64,000 bases of DNA from Octopus vulgaris (GCA_951406725.2 OX597819.1:96038001-96102000), one strand, 5' to 3'; shown: positions 40,831-55,692, numbered from the stretch's first letter. Numbers and translations are program-made. Notes: generated from the letters alone by a model not told the origin.

Positions 40831-41570
40831 TGTTACGATTCTTTTTCTTTAAAAAAGGGTCTTCATGCATATCACCAATGAGTTAACCGATCTCGGCCGA
40901 CACCACTCCCATTGGTCCATCAACCCAGATCATCTCACCTCGATAAATCTTTATCCTAGATTGCTACCGATTTACTTTAGACCACTTCGATTTCCGGGAA
41001 GTTGTTGAGACGGAATTCGTTGCAATTTGCCGCTTCCCCCACCGACCGTTGTGAAATCATTTGTCAGGAGGTGCTGTTTTCGTGATGTAGCGGTCTGAAG
41101 TATTCCGGCAATTCAGCAACTACTATACAGACGAGGACCGTGGTGTTGAAAAGCTCTAGTTATCGAAAATTGGTCAGTGGAATGACCAGGAGAGTTGAAA
41201 TGTTGGGCTACGAAACTATTTTGAATGTGATCAACAATGTTGTGATACATAATGCATTGCAAAGATTGTATTTATTGTAAGAGATGAGGGTGAGAAAAGT
41301 GGAGGGGAAATTTTGTGAAACTATTTACTGGGATTTACGGGCGGTTACGGCTGAGATGATATAAGACAATTATGGGATCTAGGACTAGAGGTACCAGGTT
41401 AAGTGCCCTTCCACATTACTGCAACATAAAAGAGAAGTTATCTTCACACGCAGAACTGACTCACCCACGATCCTTAATGACCGGTTCTCTTTTTTCGTAG
41501 AAATGATACAATGTTTACCTGTATGTACGACTACATTATCTAATGTATTTTTCTCCTTATTTAAAATGGT

Positions 41571-41633
<63 letters not shown>

Positions 41634-43374
41634 CAGCGATTTGACTGCTACTTCTTGCAAATCTAGCCATCCCATAGAAGCTGCTTTGCTGTTTTTTGAT
41701 GGTAAGTTAACTGTTATTGTACAGTTAATCGACATCTAACTTACATTAGAAGTGAAAAAACTACAAAAAGCATAAAACAAAACAAAAATGCAAAATCAAA
41801 AACAAAAACAAAATCTAAAAGAACCTCCTCCACCACCACAAAACCCATAGAATTGCTTGGTAGCCAGAATTTTCACCAATGTAGAAGTATGTAACAAGAA
41901 GTGAAAACTAGATTCATCTTGTGCTTAAAATAATGCACAAAGTTTAGATGGCATTTTCATGAATCCATTATTAAAAGCGACTAACAATGAAATATTTTGA
42001 AAAAGTTCTTATTACCATTCAACATTGTCAATTATATTCTATTATCATCACTAGATAGAAACTATCAAATGTGCACATTTTATTTTTTATTTTTATCCAA
42101 TTTGTAAAAATATTTGTCTCTAATTCAAACTTTAATTAGGAAGAGTTTAATTTTGCCTCTAATGGACTTTCAGTTAGTTTTGTTATGGGTTAACTGATAA
42201 GCTGAACAAGACAGAAGTAAAATGAACGAAGAGGAACACTTCCATTGTTGTGCAAGTTCATTGTGCAAGTATTATATAATTAGAATTGTTTAAGCCTCAT
42301 AGATTAGACACAATAGCAATTTCTAATTGAGTGGTGGTCACTGGAAATTTGTGAAAGGATCACTCTTTTTGTATTTTGTATTCCATAGACGGCCATGTGC
42401 TCTGTTGTAACGCTGCTTCAATAAAACGATGACATAGAAAGGTTGTGTTGCAGGAATTCTTAAAAATAATTCTTTTGTTTCTTTGTGAAAGACAAAAGTG
42501 AGACTACTATATTTAAATACATGTAATGATGTAGCTGTATTATGACATAACCCTGTATTTAAAGACTTTATAATAGTCTTCAATTTCAGGATTGAATTTC
42601 TCGATCAACAATTGTTGCAGTTTGTTTAAACTGTAGGTCAATCACATTTTAGCAATCACATTTCACCATCTCGTCTTTAATTAGATAGATTGTAGTTAAT
42701 GCCATATTATCCAGCGTATCACGTTTCTTTGGGTTTTTTTTTTTGTGATTGAAAGGAATGATTTGAAAGAGAGTCAATGATTGTTTCTTGTATGTCAAGG
42801 GATTACGTTAAGGTTTTCTCATTTACTCATCCTTCTATTTGCTGCCACGACAGGTGTTGTACTGAATTTCTGGTCAAAAACATTACGTGGAATCGCGAGC
42901 ATGTTTTTACTATAGCGTCGGGTCGACGTAAATGACCTTTTGAATGAAACTGGGTCGACTGAAACTGTGTGAAAACCTAGCAGGTGGATTGCACCTCTAA
43001 TTCAAAAATACAGCCGTGTCACACAGTGTCACGTTCGTTGCCCCCACCCTTTCCCGAAACAAATAAATGTAACTTCGTCGGTCTCGATGACGTGTGTCCA
43101 GGTGTTCGATCAAGTGAACTATTTGCTCAGGTAACTAACGTAGAGGTGACCGAGTATTTCACGGACACACGTACTCTTAACGTAATTCTCAGTTGGAATC
43201 AGTGTATGACACAGTATATGACAACACTGCAACAGTTTTATTAATAGTCTAAGACAATTTAATGCTTTATCACATTGCTTCAACTGAAGAAGGGAATCCT
43301 CCCTGACAAGCGATCACAAGTCTTTTTTTCATTAACGGTACTTCGCAACAGATGAGCTCTGCTGCTTCTTTCTC

Positions 43375-43408
<34 letters not shown>

Positions 43409-43569
43409 AACATTTAGCCACAGGTCAGCACCGGTTGAGCAGACCTATGATCGAAAACATTCCAACTGTGAAAATCCCAGTCATAAGTGTACCCTAAACT
43501 ACATTATCTAATAAATCAATGAGTTTGGTTACTCTGAGATGTCATCCACATGCAGCCATATGCAGTATT

Positions 43570-44115
43570 TCTTTATACAGTACCATCTATATTTACAGTA
43601 TCATCTATTTATGGCACTCTCTATATCTGGTACCATTTATAGACAGTACTATCATTATATAGTACCAACTATTTAAAGGTACCACCTATATAAGACATCA
43701 TCTACATATGGTATCATCTATATTCGGTACCATTTATATATGAGACCATCCATAGATTGTACCAGTTACATATGTACCATCTATATATATGGTACCCTCT
43801 ATATATGGTACCTGAAACTAAACAACAACAATGTTCTCTAACACTGGCACAAGGCCGTACATTTATAGATAGTACCATATATAGATGGTACCATCTATAT
43901 TCGGTACCATTTATATATGAGACCATCTATAGATTGTACCAGTTACATACGTACCATCTATATATATATGGTACCCTCTATATATGGTACCTTCTATATA
44001 AGGTACCATCTATATATGGTACCATCTATTTGTGATACCATCTATATATGGTACCATCTATAAATGTACAGCCTTGTGCCAGTGTTAGAGATCATTGTTG
44101 CTGTTTATTTTCAGG
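43570..44115. repeat. GGTACCATCTATATAT-type minisatellite with a duplication-inversion rearrangement
   Basis: ~15-16-bp units; 43715-43812 duplicated at 43891-43992; 43811-43890 is the reverse complement of 44034-44115. Confidence 0.85.
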
Positions 44116-45001
44116 TCAGCCTTGATAGAGAAGACCTATGATAAAAAACATTATAAATATGGCCGTCTTATTTTTCTAAAGCATAGTGTATGTCGAACTA
44201 CATTATACGACGTTCCCTTCCTTTTATCAGACGGCAGAGTGAGATTTAAAGGACATGTTTCGGTTTTATTAGGACCTCCTTAGTGAAACTTTGGCTTCAC
44301 TTTATTGAAGTAGACACGAGATAATCACTAGATAGAAGTATAGTATTGTAGAGGAGTAGGTGTGAATAAATTAGCATATTTAGATAGACATATAATATTG
44401 TAGAGGTGTAGCTGTGTATACATTAGCATATTTTAATATTGTAGACATGTAGGCGTGAATAAATTGAGCATATTCAAATATTTAAATATTAAATCACAGA
44501 AAGAAATAACTAAGTTAGTGCTAACATATTTTATTCAAAATGTCTTTTTAAGACGGCATACTTTGATATGAGGGTGATTCAACTGCTATTTCTGTAGGTT
44601 TAGCAAGTACCTATTAGCCCTCTTAAAGCCGTGTAATGGAGGTTATAACGATTGGAGTCGTAATATAGTGAATGTACCCAATACACTTGCTCTTGTTATC
44701 GGGTTTCGAGGTCAAGTGTAAATTATAGAAAGTCTCGTGTATGATTAATCAGCTCCTCACACAGATGAACGAATCAATCATCTGATAACAATTGGGATCA
44801 ATGAATACGCTGTTATCTCATTGATTAGATCGACGCACCTGATTACTGTAACACCGACAGTTGTGATACCAAGTCTAAACCACTGACGTCATCAATAAAG
44901 TGACTGTAAGTTCAGCAATTAAATCAAATGTATTGATTAGTTAACTGAGGAGTTGAACGGTTGATGACATTGGAGAGAATAGAAATGAAAATATATAAGC
45001 A

Positions 45002-45386
45002 AGCACAAAGCCCGAAATTTTGGGGGAGGCAGCCAATAGATTAGATCGACCCCAGTACGAAACTGGTACTTAATCTATCGACCCCGAAAGGATGAAAGAC
45101 AAAGTCGACCTCGGCGGAATTTGAACTCAGAATGTAAAGACAGACGAAATACCTATTTCTTTATTATCCACAAGGGGCTTAACACAGAGGGGACAAACAA
45201 GGACAGAGAAACGGATTAAGTCTATTACATCGACCCCAGTGCGTAACTGGTACTTAATTTATCGATCCCGAAAGGATGAAAAGCAAAGTCGACCTCGGCG
45301 GAATTTGAACTCAGAACGTAACGGCAGACGAAATACCACTAATCATTTCGCCCGGCATCCTAACGATTCTGCCAGCTCGTCGCCTT
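45002..45386 (-). mobile_element. SINE family A dimer
   Basis: Two units joined by aaagaaatagg|tatttcgtctg; TSD tatataagca (right copy split by a MITE). Confidence 0.9.
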
Positions 45387-45391
45387 ATATA

Positions 45392-45913
45392 CCGTAAATT
45401 CTCGAGTATAATCCACATTTTCCCCCCAAAATTTGAAGGTCAAAATCCCTAGTGCGTACTATATACGAGGTTAAAAATGAAAAATATTCTCTAAGCAATG
45501 TCCGAGTCTCTATTTGCTGTCCGGCAATGTTCATTCAGAGGCATTTTATGATGTCGGGCGCGAAAATACCTTAAGCTAAGCCCGAAAGCAATGAAGTGAT
45601 AAAAGAATCATCCATAACTTGCAGTAAGCAACATTTATTAAAATAAAAGTATTCAGAACACAGAATAACATGTAACAAAAACAATTTGCAAACATATTTA
45701 TATTCCCATATAACAATTAAGAACATCACCATTATTGTATTACTCATGCGCGGAAGTGTTTGTTCGACTAGGCGCTGCTGGTTTAATTACGCACGACTCA
45801 AGTTAGAGAAGGTGTGCGTATTATACACAAGGTTTAGGTTTTTCAGAAGTACAGCCTCCTAAAAATCCCCTGCGTATTATACGCAAGGGCGGACTATACT
45901 CGAGGATTTACGG
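45392..45913. mobile_element. Tc2/pogo-like MITE (CCGTA termini, TA TSD)
   Basis: ta|ccgtaaattctcgagtataatcc ... ggactatactcgaggatttacgg|ta; internal tgcgta(c/t)tatac/t repeats. Confidence 0.9.
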
Positions 45914-46446
45914 TAAGCAGAATATTAACCTTCTAACGGCCAATGTCCCATTTTGAGGACAAAGATTTTAAATTTGATATAAATAATTTTATAAAGAATT
46001 TTGTGTTTCTTTTGCTATATTTTTAGGTATAATAAAAATAAAAATAAGCAATCTGACAGGGAAAATATAATCAAAGAACGTTTAGGAACTAAGAAAATGT
46101 AAAATTGTTGAATTATGACTTTTAATGAGTTAAAGATAATAAGAGTACATAAATGGAAACAAGAGCATATGCTAGAAATCATTATTATTGTTCATATTAA
46201 GTTGGTGAGCAGAATTGTTAGCACGTCGAGAAAATGTTTACCGGCATTTTTTCCGGCTCTGAGTTAAAAAATCGTTGAGGTCAAATTTACCTTTCATCTT
46301 TTTGGGGTCGAAAAATAAGTACCAGTTAAGCATTGAGGTCAGTATATTCTACTAACTTCTGCTTCCAGAATTTCTGGCCTTGTGCTAAAAATTTGAAACG
46401 ATTATTGCTATTTATATTATTACTGTGGGGAAATAGTGACAGAACC

Positions 46447-46662
46447 TGCACTGGGCTAAACACAGAGAGGACAAACAAGGACAGACAAACGGATTAAGTC
46501 GATTATATCGACCCCAGTGCGTAACTGGTACTTAATTTATCGACCCCGAAAGGATGAAAAGCAAAGTCGACCTCGGCGGAATTTGAACTCAGAACGTAAC
46601 GGCAGACGAAATATGGCTACGCATTTCGCCCGGCGTGCTAACGATTCTGCCAGCTCGCTGAC
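46447..46662 (-). mobile_element. SINE family A
   Basis: Near-identical to the family A unit and head. Confidence 0.85.
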
Positions 46663-47859
46663 TTAATGGTAATAGTAACAACAACAGCAGCAGTAGTAGT
46701 AGTAGTAGTAGTAGTAGTAATAAAAATAATAATAATTATAAATATAATAATTTCAGATTTTTGCCACAAGGGCAGCTTGGGGGAGGTGGGGATGAGTGTA
46801 ATCGGGGACGTCATGTGCTAAGAAATGTATGGAAGAATGCCTGCGATTAGTGGAAGAGTTACAGTGATGAATCAACTGAACCGATAAATGATTAACATTG
46901 AACGATATTTCTTAATTCAGAACGCAAAAAAGAAACGCAAACTTTTAGTACAACATCGTACTCTATCATTGTATTTATTTACTTCTCACTGGACTGAGTA
47001 ACCGAGTATTAAGTGTCTTTATTCGTACACAGTACAACGCCGTTGATTAATGGAATAACACTATTCAGCGAGTCTATTAATGCATGAAATATTTCCATGT
47101 GGGCATTGCCTGCAATAATCTTGTTGACATTTTATTCAACATTGACATTTAAAACTAAATTTTAACATTTAGCTACTTTGCTTCACTATGTTGACATTCA
47201 TCCGATGTGAAAAACTTAGTAAAAACGTTAAACATTAACTTATTCAACAGAAACGGTGAGTCTGTGACAATTCCTGAAATATTTGTATACTGACAAGAAG
47301 ATGGTATATCCACCATAAACAAATTTATTCTACCCTCGCCGCCCTTCTGTTGCAGAAATGTCTGTTTGTGACAGTAATCATAGGATCGTTGATAGAATGT
47401 TAAGGGAAGAAATTAGGTATAACGCTAATTTTTACGGACTTCCCCAAACTGACAGGCATCGCGGAGTTGTGTGTGTGTGTGTGTGTGTGTGTGGTGGGAG
47501 TTAATAAAATTAATGTTGGTTTGCAGCGAGGATAGTTAAAACACTTGATAGCTTCCATGTTCTTAAAATTTGTAAATTTATGTTAAATGATGACTGACCT
47601 TAAACACAGGTATGAAAAAAATATAGAATTTCTTTATAGCTATCTTCTATTCTTTTGCGACGGAGAAATATGACTGTAAGCATGAATGAATATATGATTT
47701 CTCTGCGGTCGTAACGTGCATTGTACGGTGAACAGGATATTTATATAACATGTGTAGTAAAATATCTATGAAATGAAGGCATAACAAGATTGTAAAGCAA
47801 CCTAAATTTTAAAACTTTATTAAGCTAATAAGAATCAACTGAAATTCTTTCGCCTGCAT

Positions 47860-49400
47860 CCATTTCGAGAAACAAATTCTGCAGCAATTACAGTCGTATT
47901 TATTTTTGCTGTACCATTCTTTGTGATATGAACGTATAACCAGAGAATTTTATCTCTCATATGTCATTCTTGACCGAAGACATATTTTTAATCACTTAAC
48001 AAGAGAAATGTTCATTCAACAGCAGCAGATGTTGCAAGAATTACAAGTAAAAGTTGATAACTTTTATAAATTTCTAAGAGCAGATGACTGCCATTGGCTG
48101 TTTCTTTTTGAAATTATCTACAATGTCAGCCAAACAAGAGAGGTCTCTCTCATAGAAACTTCAAATGTCTGAAGTTGAATTATCAGAGAATTAATGTCAA
48201 TATCATCGGCATACCTTTCCTAAAAAAAAATTGATTTCTGATGAGATCTTCGTATACTGATCGCCTTCAGAAAGCAATGTCTCCAACCTTGAATATACTT
48301 TGTAAACTCGCTTGATAAAACGTTTGTCGATAGAAAAGATTATTGTTTCTGTAGCCTCAAAATAGACATGCCTGCAACAATCTTAGCTTCTCCAATTCTC
48401 ATTTGAATTTTTCTTGGGGCCTTTCGCTTCCGTTTTAATGCAGGCTCTGTGCGCCGCTGACTTTTACTCGACATCATCAAAGAAAGTGTCAAATAAATTT
48501 TCATTCATCGTATCTTCCCAAAACTTCTTTAATAATTTCAGTCGTTCTCTGTTCATCTGTTGACGATATGTTAGATGCTTGCAGTGACTTTGATGAATTG
48601 CCTGAATGCGAGTATAAGAGCTGGGTAGGATTTAGCCGAAAGAAATCAAACGTTTCATTTGAGCCAGGCCTTCAAGTATCCGGCCCCGAATATTAACATC
48701 CAAATGTGGCTGTAAACATTCTTGCATACACTCAAATAGGACTGAATAAGTATTAAGAATTCGTTGAAAGCAAGCGGCACGTACTATCCGACATAAATTT
48801 AATTTTGAGGGTCTCCCATGTTTTCTTTTAACTCACCAAATAAACCCTCCCTCTTTGGCGAATACATGATGAAAGAAACAATTCATTTACTGCTATTCAT
48901 CATCTCACTCTACATAGTCGTTTCCTTTACGCTCAAACTTAAAGAATGAGCTTGACAATGTGTTGCCAAAGCTTTTGGTTGACGTTCTTTCAAATGTTTC
49001 TCGCTCCGTCAAATCACATTCCTGCATAGTTGTAGTATCAGTCCTGTGAGTGTATCTATAACAACTGAAAATATTATTGCGGTTTTATATCTGGTAGGCA
49101 ATAAAAACCCAGAAATTACTCATTCGCCACCAAGTGTTTGTCGATCCAAAGAATACATAATGCAAGTTGTCCATTGTCGGATGTATCGATGTATTCGTCA
49201 GCAATAATTGAAAAAATGTTTGTACTTACTTCACCAACTAAAACTCTCATAACAAAGTCAGCCGTTATAGAACAGAATGCATTTTGAATGTCATGGATCA
49301 GTTCTATAATAAACAAATTGGACCACTTTTGTTGTACAATGCCAGAAGATCGAAATCAACCTTTCCCCTCATTCGTACAAGATTATATATATTAGATAGT
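47860..49400 (-). pseudogene. Decayed hAT transposase (ZMYM1/THAP-P52rIPK-like)
   Basis: FSIIADEYIDTSDNGQLALCILWIDKHL, HCQAHSLSLSVK, YSPKRE and LLVILATSAAVE (dimerisation-domain remnant); many stops and frameshifts. Confidence 0.85.
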
Positions 49401-49856
49401 TTTCAACATCTCATTGTATGGATATTCCTTGACGACAAAGAAAGTGCAAACACTCAATAATTTTTATTATTCACTTTTCATTTATTTTCATGTCTTTTCT
49501 TGCGGTTTCATTCGACAATTTCCTAACGTTGCTACATTTAGGAATCAACACTTGCAGTTCAACAGCAGCGGTCACATTCACAGAATCGATGTTAATCAAA
49601 ATGCTGACGAGCATTTTCCCTAATTACAAAACCATTCTATAAAAAGAAAATGTGCTTTCTTTATCTCTAACATGTAATTTTGACTTTTTATTATACTTTT
49701 ACACATGAAAAAAAGAAGACCAATATGCTCGATCGTGTTTTTTTTTGTTCATTATGAAGAAAATCAAATAAAATGAAAACAATATTATTGTAGCAATAAT
49801 TTTTACATAAATGAAGAATATTTGGGTAATTATGTAAACTTATTAGTGCTCGAGCA

Positions 49857-50232
49857 AAGCGGCGAGTTGGCAGAAGCGTTAGCACGCCGAGCGAAATACG
49901 TAGCCGTATTTCGTCTGCCGTTACGTTCTGAGTTCAAATTCCGCCGAGGTCGACTTTGCCTTTCATCCTTTCGGGGTCGATTGAATAAGTACCAGTTACG
50001 CACTGGGGTTGATATCGACTTAATCCGTTTGTATGTCCTTGTTTGTCCTCTCTGTGTTTGGCCCTTTGTGGGTAGTAAAGAAATAAATATTTCGCCCGTT
50101 GCTACGTTCTAAGTTTAAATTCCACCGAGGTCGACTTTGCCTTTCATCCTTTCGGGGCCGATATACACTGGGGTCGATGTAATCGACTAGTCTCTTCCCC
50201 AACATTTCAGGTCTTGTGTCTATAGTGGAAAA
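49857..50232 (+). mobile_element. SINE family A dimer
   Basis: Head, unit, junction aaagaaataaatatttcg, then a second unit with the alternative ccccaacatttcaggtcttgtg tail. Confidence 0.88.
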
Positions 50233-50546
50233 GATTATTATTATCATTATTATTATTATTATTATCATTATTATTATTATTATTATTATTGTTGTTGTTG
50301 TTATCATCATTAAGGCGGTGATCTGGCAGAATCGTTAGCAGACTGGACAAAATACTTCGCGGTATTTCTTTCTCTCCTTACGTTCTGAGTTCAGATGCCG
50401 GCGAGGTCGACAATGTCTATCATCCTTTCGGGGTCGATAAATTTGCTGAGCACTGAGGTCAATGTAATCAACTAACCCTCTCCCCCCAAATTTCAGGCCT
50501 TGTGTTTGTAGTAGAAAAGATTATTATTATTATTATTATTATTATT

Positions 50547-50597
<51 letters not shown>

Positions 50598-50607
50598 ATT
50601 ACTATTG

Positions 50608-51140
50608 ACATCTTCTGGAAAGGAGATGAAAGTATTAATCATCTTCTGAGTGAATGCAGTAAGCTAACACAAAAAGAGTATCAGCGCAGGCATGACTGTG
50701 TAAGTAAAAGAGTGCATTAGTATGTTAACTGAGTGAGTGGTTTCGAAATAACACGAACTAGAGGCTGTGATAGCAGATAGGAATAAGAGGATTTTATGGG
50801 ACTTCCCCGCAAAGACTGACAATGCTACTGAAGCAAAAAGACCACATATAATTAGAGAGGACAAAATACACATACAGTGTAAGAACATAGGCTTTGCATA
50901 TATGGTAACAGAGTGGATACCAAACAATTGAAAATAATTGGGAAATATCAGAGCCTTGCTAGAGAGTTGAAGAGATTGTGGAAGAGACTAAGACGACAAT
51001 TATTCCTATGATAATTGGTACACTTGACATAACACACAAATTGCTATCTGAAAGGTATTAGAATTGAGACTCGAATTGTCGACCTATAGAAAAGTGTTAT
51101 CATGTCTTCTGCAAGAATCCTGAAAAAGATCCTTGTCACC
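50608..51140 (+). pseudogene. R4/Dong-like non-LTR retrotransposon, zinc-knuckle and RLE endonuclease fragment
   Basis: ESINHLLSECSKLTQKEYQRRHDCV, ILWDF, AKRPHII, KYQSLARE, IIPMIIGTL; lies in (TTA)/(TTG)n. Confidence 0.85.
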
Positions 51141-51196
51141 AACCTCAATATAACATTCCTGCTAATTAAATTAGCGTGGAATAACAATATTGATGA

Positions 51197-51351
<155 letters not shown>

Positions 51352-51361
51352 ATAATAATAA

Positions 51362-51990
51362 TAATCTTTTTATAGATGATATAAAACTGTATGCCAAAAA
51401 TGAGAAGCAGCTTGAATGCCTTGTACATACTGTTCGCGTTTTCACGAAATGTAGATATGGAATTCGGGATTGAAAAGTGCGCTACATCTTTATATATAAA
51501 AGTGAGGTTGTGTGCTGTCTGTCTCCTACGATTTAGATTCCTAACTACTCCCACATTTTGCGGTGCAGTTTAACCAAAACCGGATATCCTATAGTCGTGA
51601 TTCATATCGAGCCCTTCTGGGTATTAGCGCGCGTCTACGATGAGTCTACGATTAAAAAAAAATTTACCATCAATTTTTCCCATTTTTGGCATATATAAGG
51701 GAAGTAATTCTCTAAAAATTTATTATTAAATCTCAGAACGTAAAAAGCTACAGTAACACCCCCCCCCTTTGTGGTTAGCCATATTGAGATGGCTATTATA
51801 CTTTACATCTCTAAAAATGGTAATATAGTTATTTCCCTTACAAACCCGAGCAACGCCGGGCGATACTGCTACTTGATAATAAAACATGGAAGATTTAAAG
51901 GAAGCCAGGAAATTGAAATACCAAATAGACAAAGTTTGAAAATGCAAGGATTTGGAATATGAAAACTGTAAAAGCTTGAGTTAAGTCGAA
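51362..51990 (+). pseudogene. R4/Dong-like RT fragment interrupted by a Helitron
   Basis: LFIDDIKLYAKNEKQLECLVHTVRVF...MEFGIEKCAT|LIIKHGR, rejoining across 51487-51872. Confidence 0.85.
51487..51872 (+). mobile_element. Non-autonomous Helitron
   Basis: 5' TCTTTATATATAAAAG, subterminal hairpin cccgagcaacgccggg, 3' CTAC (CTAG variant); inserted between A and T with no TSD, and removing it restores the LINE frame. Confidence 0.88.
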
Positions 51991-52013
51991 TACTACTACT
52001 ACTACTACTACTA

Positions 52014-52070
<57 letters not shown>

Positions 52071-52514
52071 GAGTGAGAGAGCAGTTCATGCCATAAAAGT
52101 GACACTGGGGTAAAATATACGGAGCCCAATATACCCATCATGACTACCCGTCTGATAAAGGTACACCAGGCACATGCATCACAACCATATGTGCGCGACA
52201 TGGTAATATCATATCAAGATAAACAGCGCATGACCTTGCAGGTGGGGCCCAGTTAGAATTTTCTTCGGGTTGAGTAGCCCATCCCGCTCAAAAGGTCCCT
52301 GAATAAGGGTTGTTTAAGGATGTTGAAAGAACCACCCATGTTTCCAGAGGTGAACTATTCAAACCCCAAAGAATCCCTCTCAACACATGGCTATGATGCT
52401 CCCCCACTACTTCTGCTCGTTATCAGAGATGCACATATCGTCAGCCACTAAGGGACATATCAGAGCAGAATATTTGCTGTAGCCCATCTTTTATACCAAG
52501 ACAAAACAATGTAC

Positions 52515-52516
<2 letters not shown>
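52071..52516. mobile_element. Non-coding repeat inserted in (TTA)n; overlapping fragment at ~60806-60910
   Basis: Flanked on both sides by (tta)n; agcccat(c/g)ttttataccaagacaaaacaatgtacat shared with 60807-60842. Confidence 0.6.
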
Positions 52517-52547
<31 letters not shown>

Positions 52548-52973
52548 CATCATTATTATTATTATTATTATTAATTCTGCTATAGGCATAAGGACCGAAA
52601 TTTTGGGGGTGAGGTTAGTCGATTACATCGACCCTAGTGTTCAACTAGTACTTCTTTCATCGATCATGAAAGGATGAAAAGCAAAGTCGACCTCGGCGAA
52701 ATTTGAACTCAAAGATCATAAAAACGGTCGAAATGTCGCTAAACATTTTGTCCGGCGTGCTAACGATTCTTCCAGCAACACTAGTGTGTAGCTGTCAAGT
52801 CAAGTACTTGTCTGGCACTTTATTTTATTGATCTCTAAAAGGCAAAGTTTACCTTGGTGGAATCTAAACTCAAAATATACAAAACCAGAAGTACTGTAGG
52901 GAATTTTGTCCGACGTTCTAACGATTTCACCAATCTACCCCCCTTAATTCTTTCTAATCTAGGCACAAAAACA

Positions 52974-53393
52974 TATTTATTTCTTTATTGTCCACAAGGG
53001 GCTAAACACAGAGAGGACAAGCAAGGACAGACAATCAGATTAAGTCGATCACATCGACCCCAGTGCACAACTGGCACTTATTTAATCGACCCCGAAAGGA
53101 TGACAGGCAAAGACGACCTCGGCGGAATTTGGACTCAGAACGTAACGGCAGACGAAATACCTATTTCTTTATTGTCCACAAGGGCCTAAACACAGATGGG
53201 AAAAACAAGGACAGACAAACGGATTAAGTCGATTACATCGGCCCCAGTGCGTAACTGGCACTTATTTAATCGACTCCGAAAGGATGACAGGCAAGTCGAC
53301 CTCGGCGGAATTTGAACTCATAATGTAACGGCAGATAAAATATCGCTAAGCGTTTCGCCCGGTGTGCAAACGATTCTGCCAGCTCGCCGCTTT
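52974..53393 (-). mobile_element. SINE family A dimer
   Basis: Same aaagaaatagg|tatttcgtctg junction at ~53150-53170. Confidence 0.88.
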
Positions 53394-54642
53394 ACAAAAG
53401 ACACGTTGAGGGGTGAGATTAGTAGATTACGTCGACCCCAGTTCTAGCCAAATATTTTATTTTATCGATCTTCGGAAGCGCTTTTTAACAGGCCCAAATT
53501 TGGAGCGAGGGTGTTAGAGGAGCAAATCGCTCCAGGTCTTGACTGGTACTTTACTTTATTGATGCTCTAATATATGATGGACTAACATGGCAAAAATGGT
53601 TTACTTGCCGATTTTCTCAACAACAGCAACAGCAGCAACGAAAACAACAGAATGACAGCAAGGACCACAAGACCAACAGCAACAAGACAAGAAAGAATGA
53701 AAGTAAGAGAGCGAAGAAAGGTAAAAAAAAAAAAATAAAAATAAAAAAAGCTAAAATTGGATACAGAATATAGAAGTAAAAGGAAGGAATGACGTAAATA
53801 GAAGAAAACAAGAAACGAGAAAGGAGAAAAAAACCCCATAAAAATAACAAGAAGAAGGCAAGAATAATTGTTTGCAGAAATGATTCTATGTAAATGGTTT
53901 AATGTGTCTCAATTTTCGAAGAATGGAAGAGCGGAGATCAGCCATAATGCCAGTATATCAAGTTTTCAGTTTAGAAAGAAATTAACGTTGATGGTAGTCT
54001 TTATCAGTTGTCATATCCTATTCTCTCTTATTTCAGTCGTCTCACTTATATAATAGTTTTGTTGACATTTTTTCCTATGACCTATTAACCAATCTCTGTA
54101 TTTCGAAAGCACACATGTGGAAATCTTTAAAATGCTTATTGAGAAATGGAATAAAAACTTTGACATTATCAAGACATTGTCCAACGTATATTGCAAGTTG
54201 CCATAATTCTACTGCTAACGTTTTGTATCTGTGTTTTGTATTTCACATCAATAAGTGGGAAATAAACGAAGCTATTACCTACCAATGACTGACAGCAATC
54301 TTATTAAAACGTCTAAAAATTTGCTGATAATTACATATGTACATACTCACGCACACATACACACGCACGAGCACATACACCACACACACATACACGTATG
54401 AATGCGCGTGTGTAAATATAGTGTGTGTGTGTATATATATATAAATATGTATATGCATACATACATGTATATATATTAATGTATTCTGAGTGACTAAAGC
54501 AATTTGCATTAACTGAAGGACGGACTCAATACACGATTTAGAGTTAAATACACATTTATATTAAAGTAGTTAACAGTGACCTCAAGGTTTCTCCAAGGAG
54601 AATTTATCGAACAGTAATATGTAGCATGAAAAAGAATAAAAC

Positions 54643-54698
<56 letters not shown>

Positions 54699-54764
54699 GC
54701 AATAAATTACAGGACTCAATACAAATGTAGAGTATTCTTTAATACCTAATAAAGGAAAGGGTTC

Positions 54765-54868
54765 GATTTCCAGTACTCAGAGTTGTTCGTTTCCGATCAT
54801 CAGCTGGTAACTAGGTTCGGTTTACAAGCTGATAATCAGAAATGAGATAACTCTGAGTACTGGAAATC
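54765..54868. ncRNA. Inverted pair of degenerate minimal hammerhead motifs
   Basis: Minus: ccag-CTGATGA-tcg-gaaa-cga-acaac-tctga-GTA-ctgg; plus: caag-CTGATAA-tca-gaaa-tga-gataac-tctga-GTA-ctgg. Confidence 0.65.
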
Positions 54869-54891
54869 AAGGCTTTCCAGTTACACACACA

Positions 54892-55021
<130 letters not shown>

Positions 55022-55344
55022 CAAGCACACAAGCACACAGGCACACGCACACACACTTACATACACACACATGCACACATATCCATGTTCGCTCGCGCGC
55101 GTGTATGTATATATACACACATATACACACATACACGCCCACACACACACATACACACACACACACATACATATATATGTAACCAACAGGTGAGATCTAG
55201 AGATGTTCCATATAGAGAATGCGTAATAGTGGTCAGATGATTTGATCTTAAACTCCGAAGTCTGACTAGGTTCATTGGTAAAGAGTAGCAACAACAGAAA
55301 TCCTGATGAGCTGATATGGAGACAGTGATGCAGATAAACACGAT

Positions 55345-55446
<102 letters not shown>

Positions 55447-55661
55447 TTTTACTTATTTTTACTTTTACTTGTTTCAGTCATTTGACTGCGGCCATGCTGG
55501 AGCACCGCCTTTAGTCGAGCAAATTGACCCCGGGACTTATTCTTTGTAAGCCCAGTACTTATTCTATCGGTCTCTTTTTGCCGAATCGTTAAGTGACGGG
55601 GACGTAAACACACCAGCATCAGTTGTCAAGCAATGCTAGAGGGACAAACACAGACACACAA

Positions 55662-55692
<31 letters not shown>

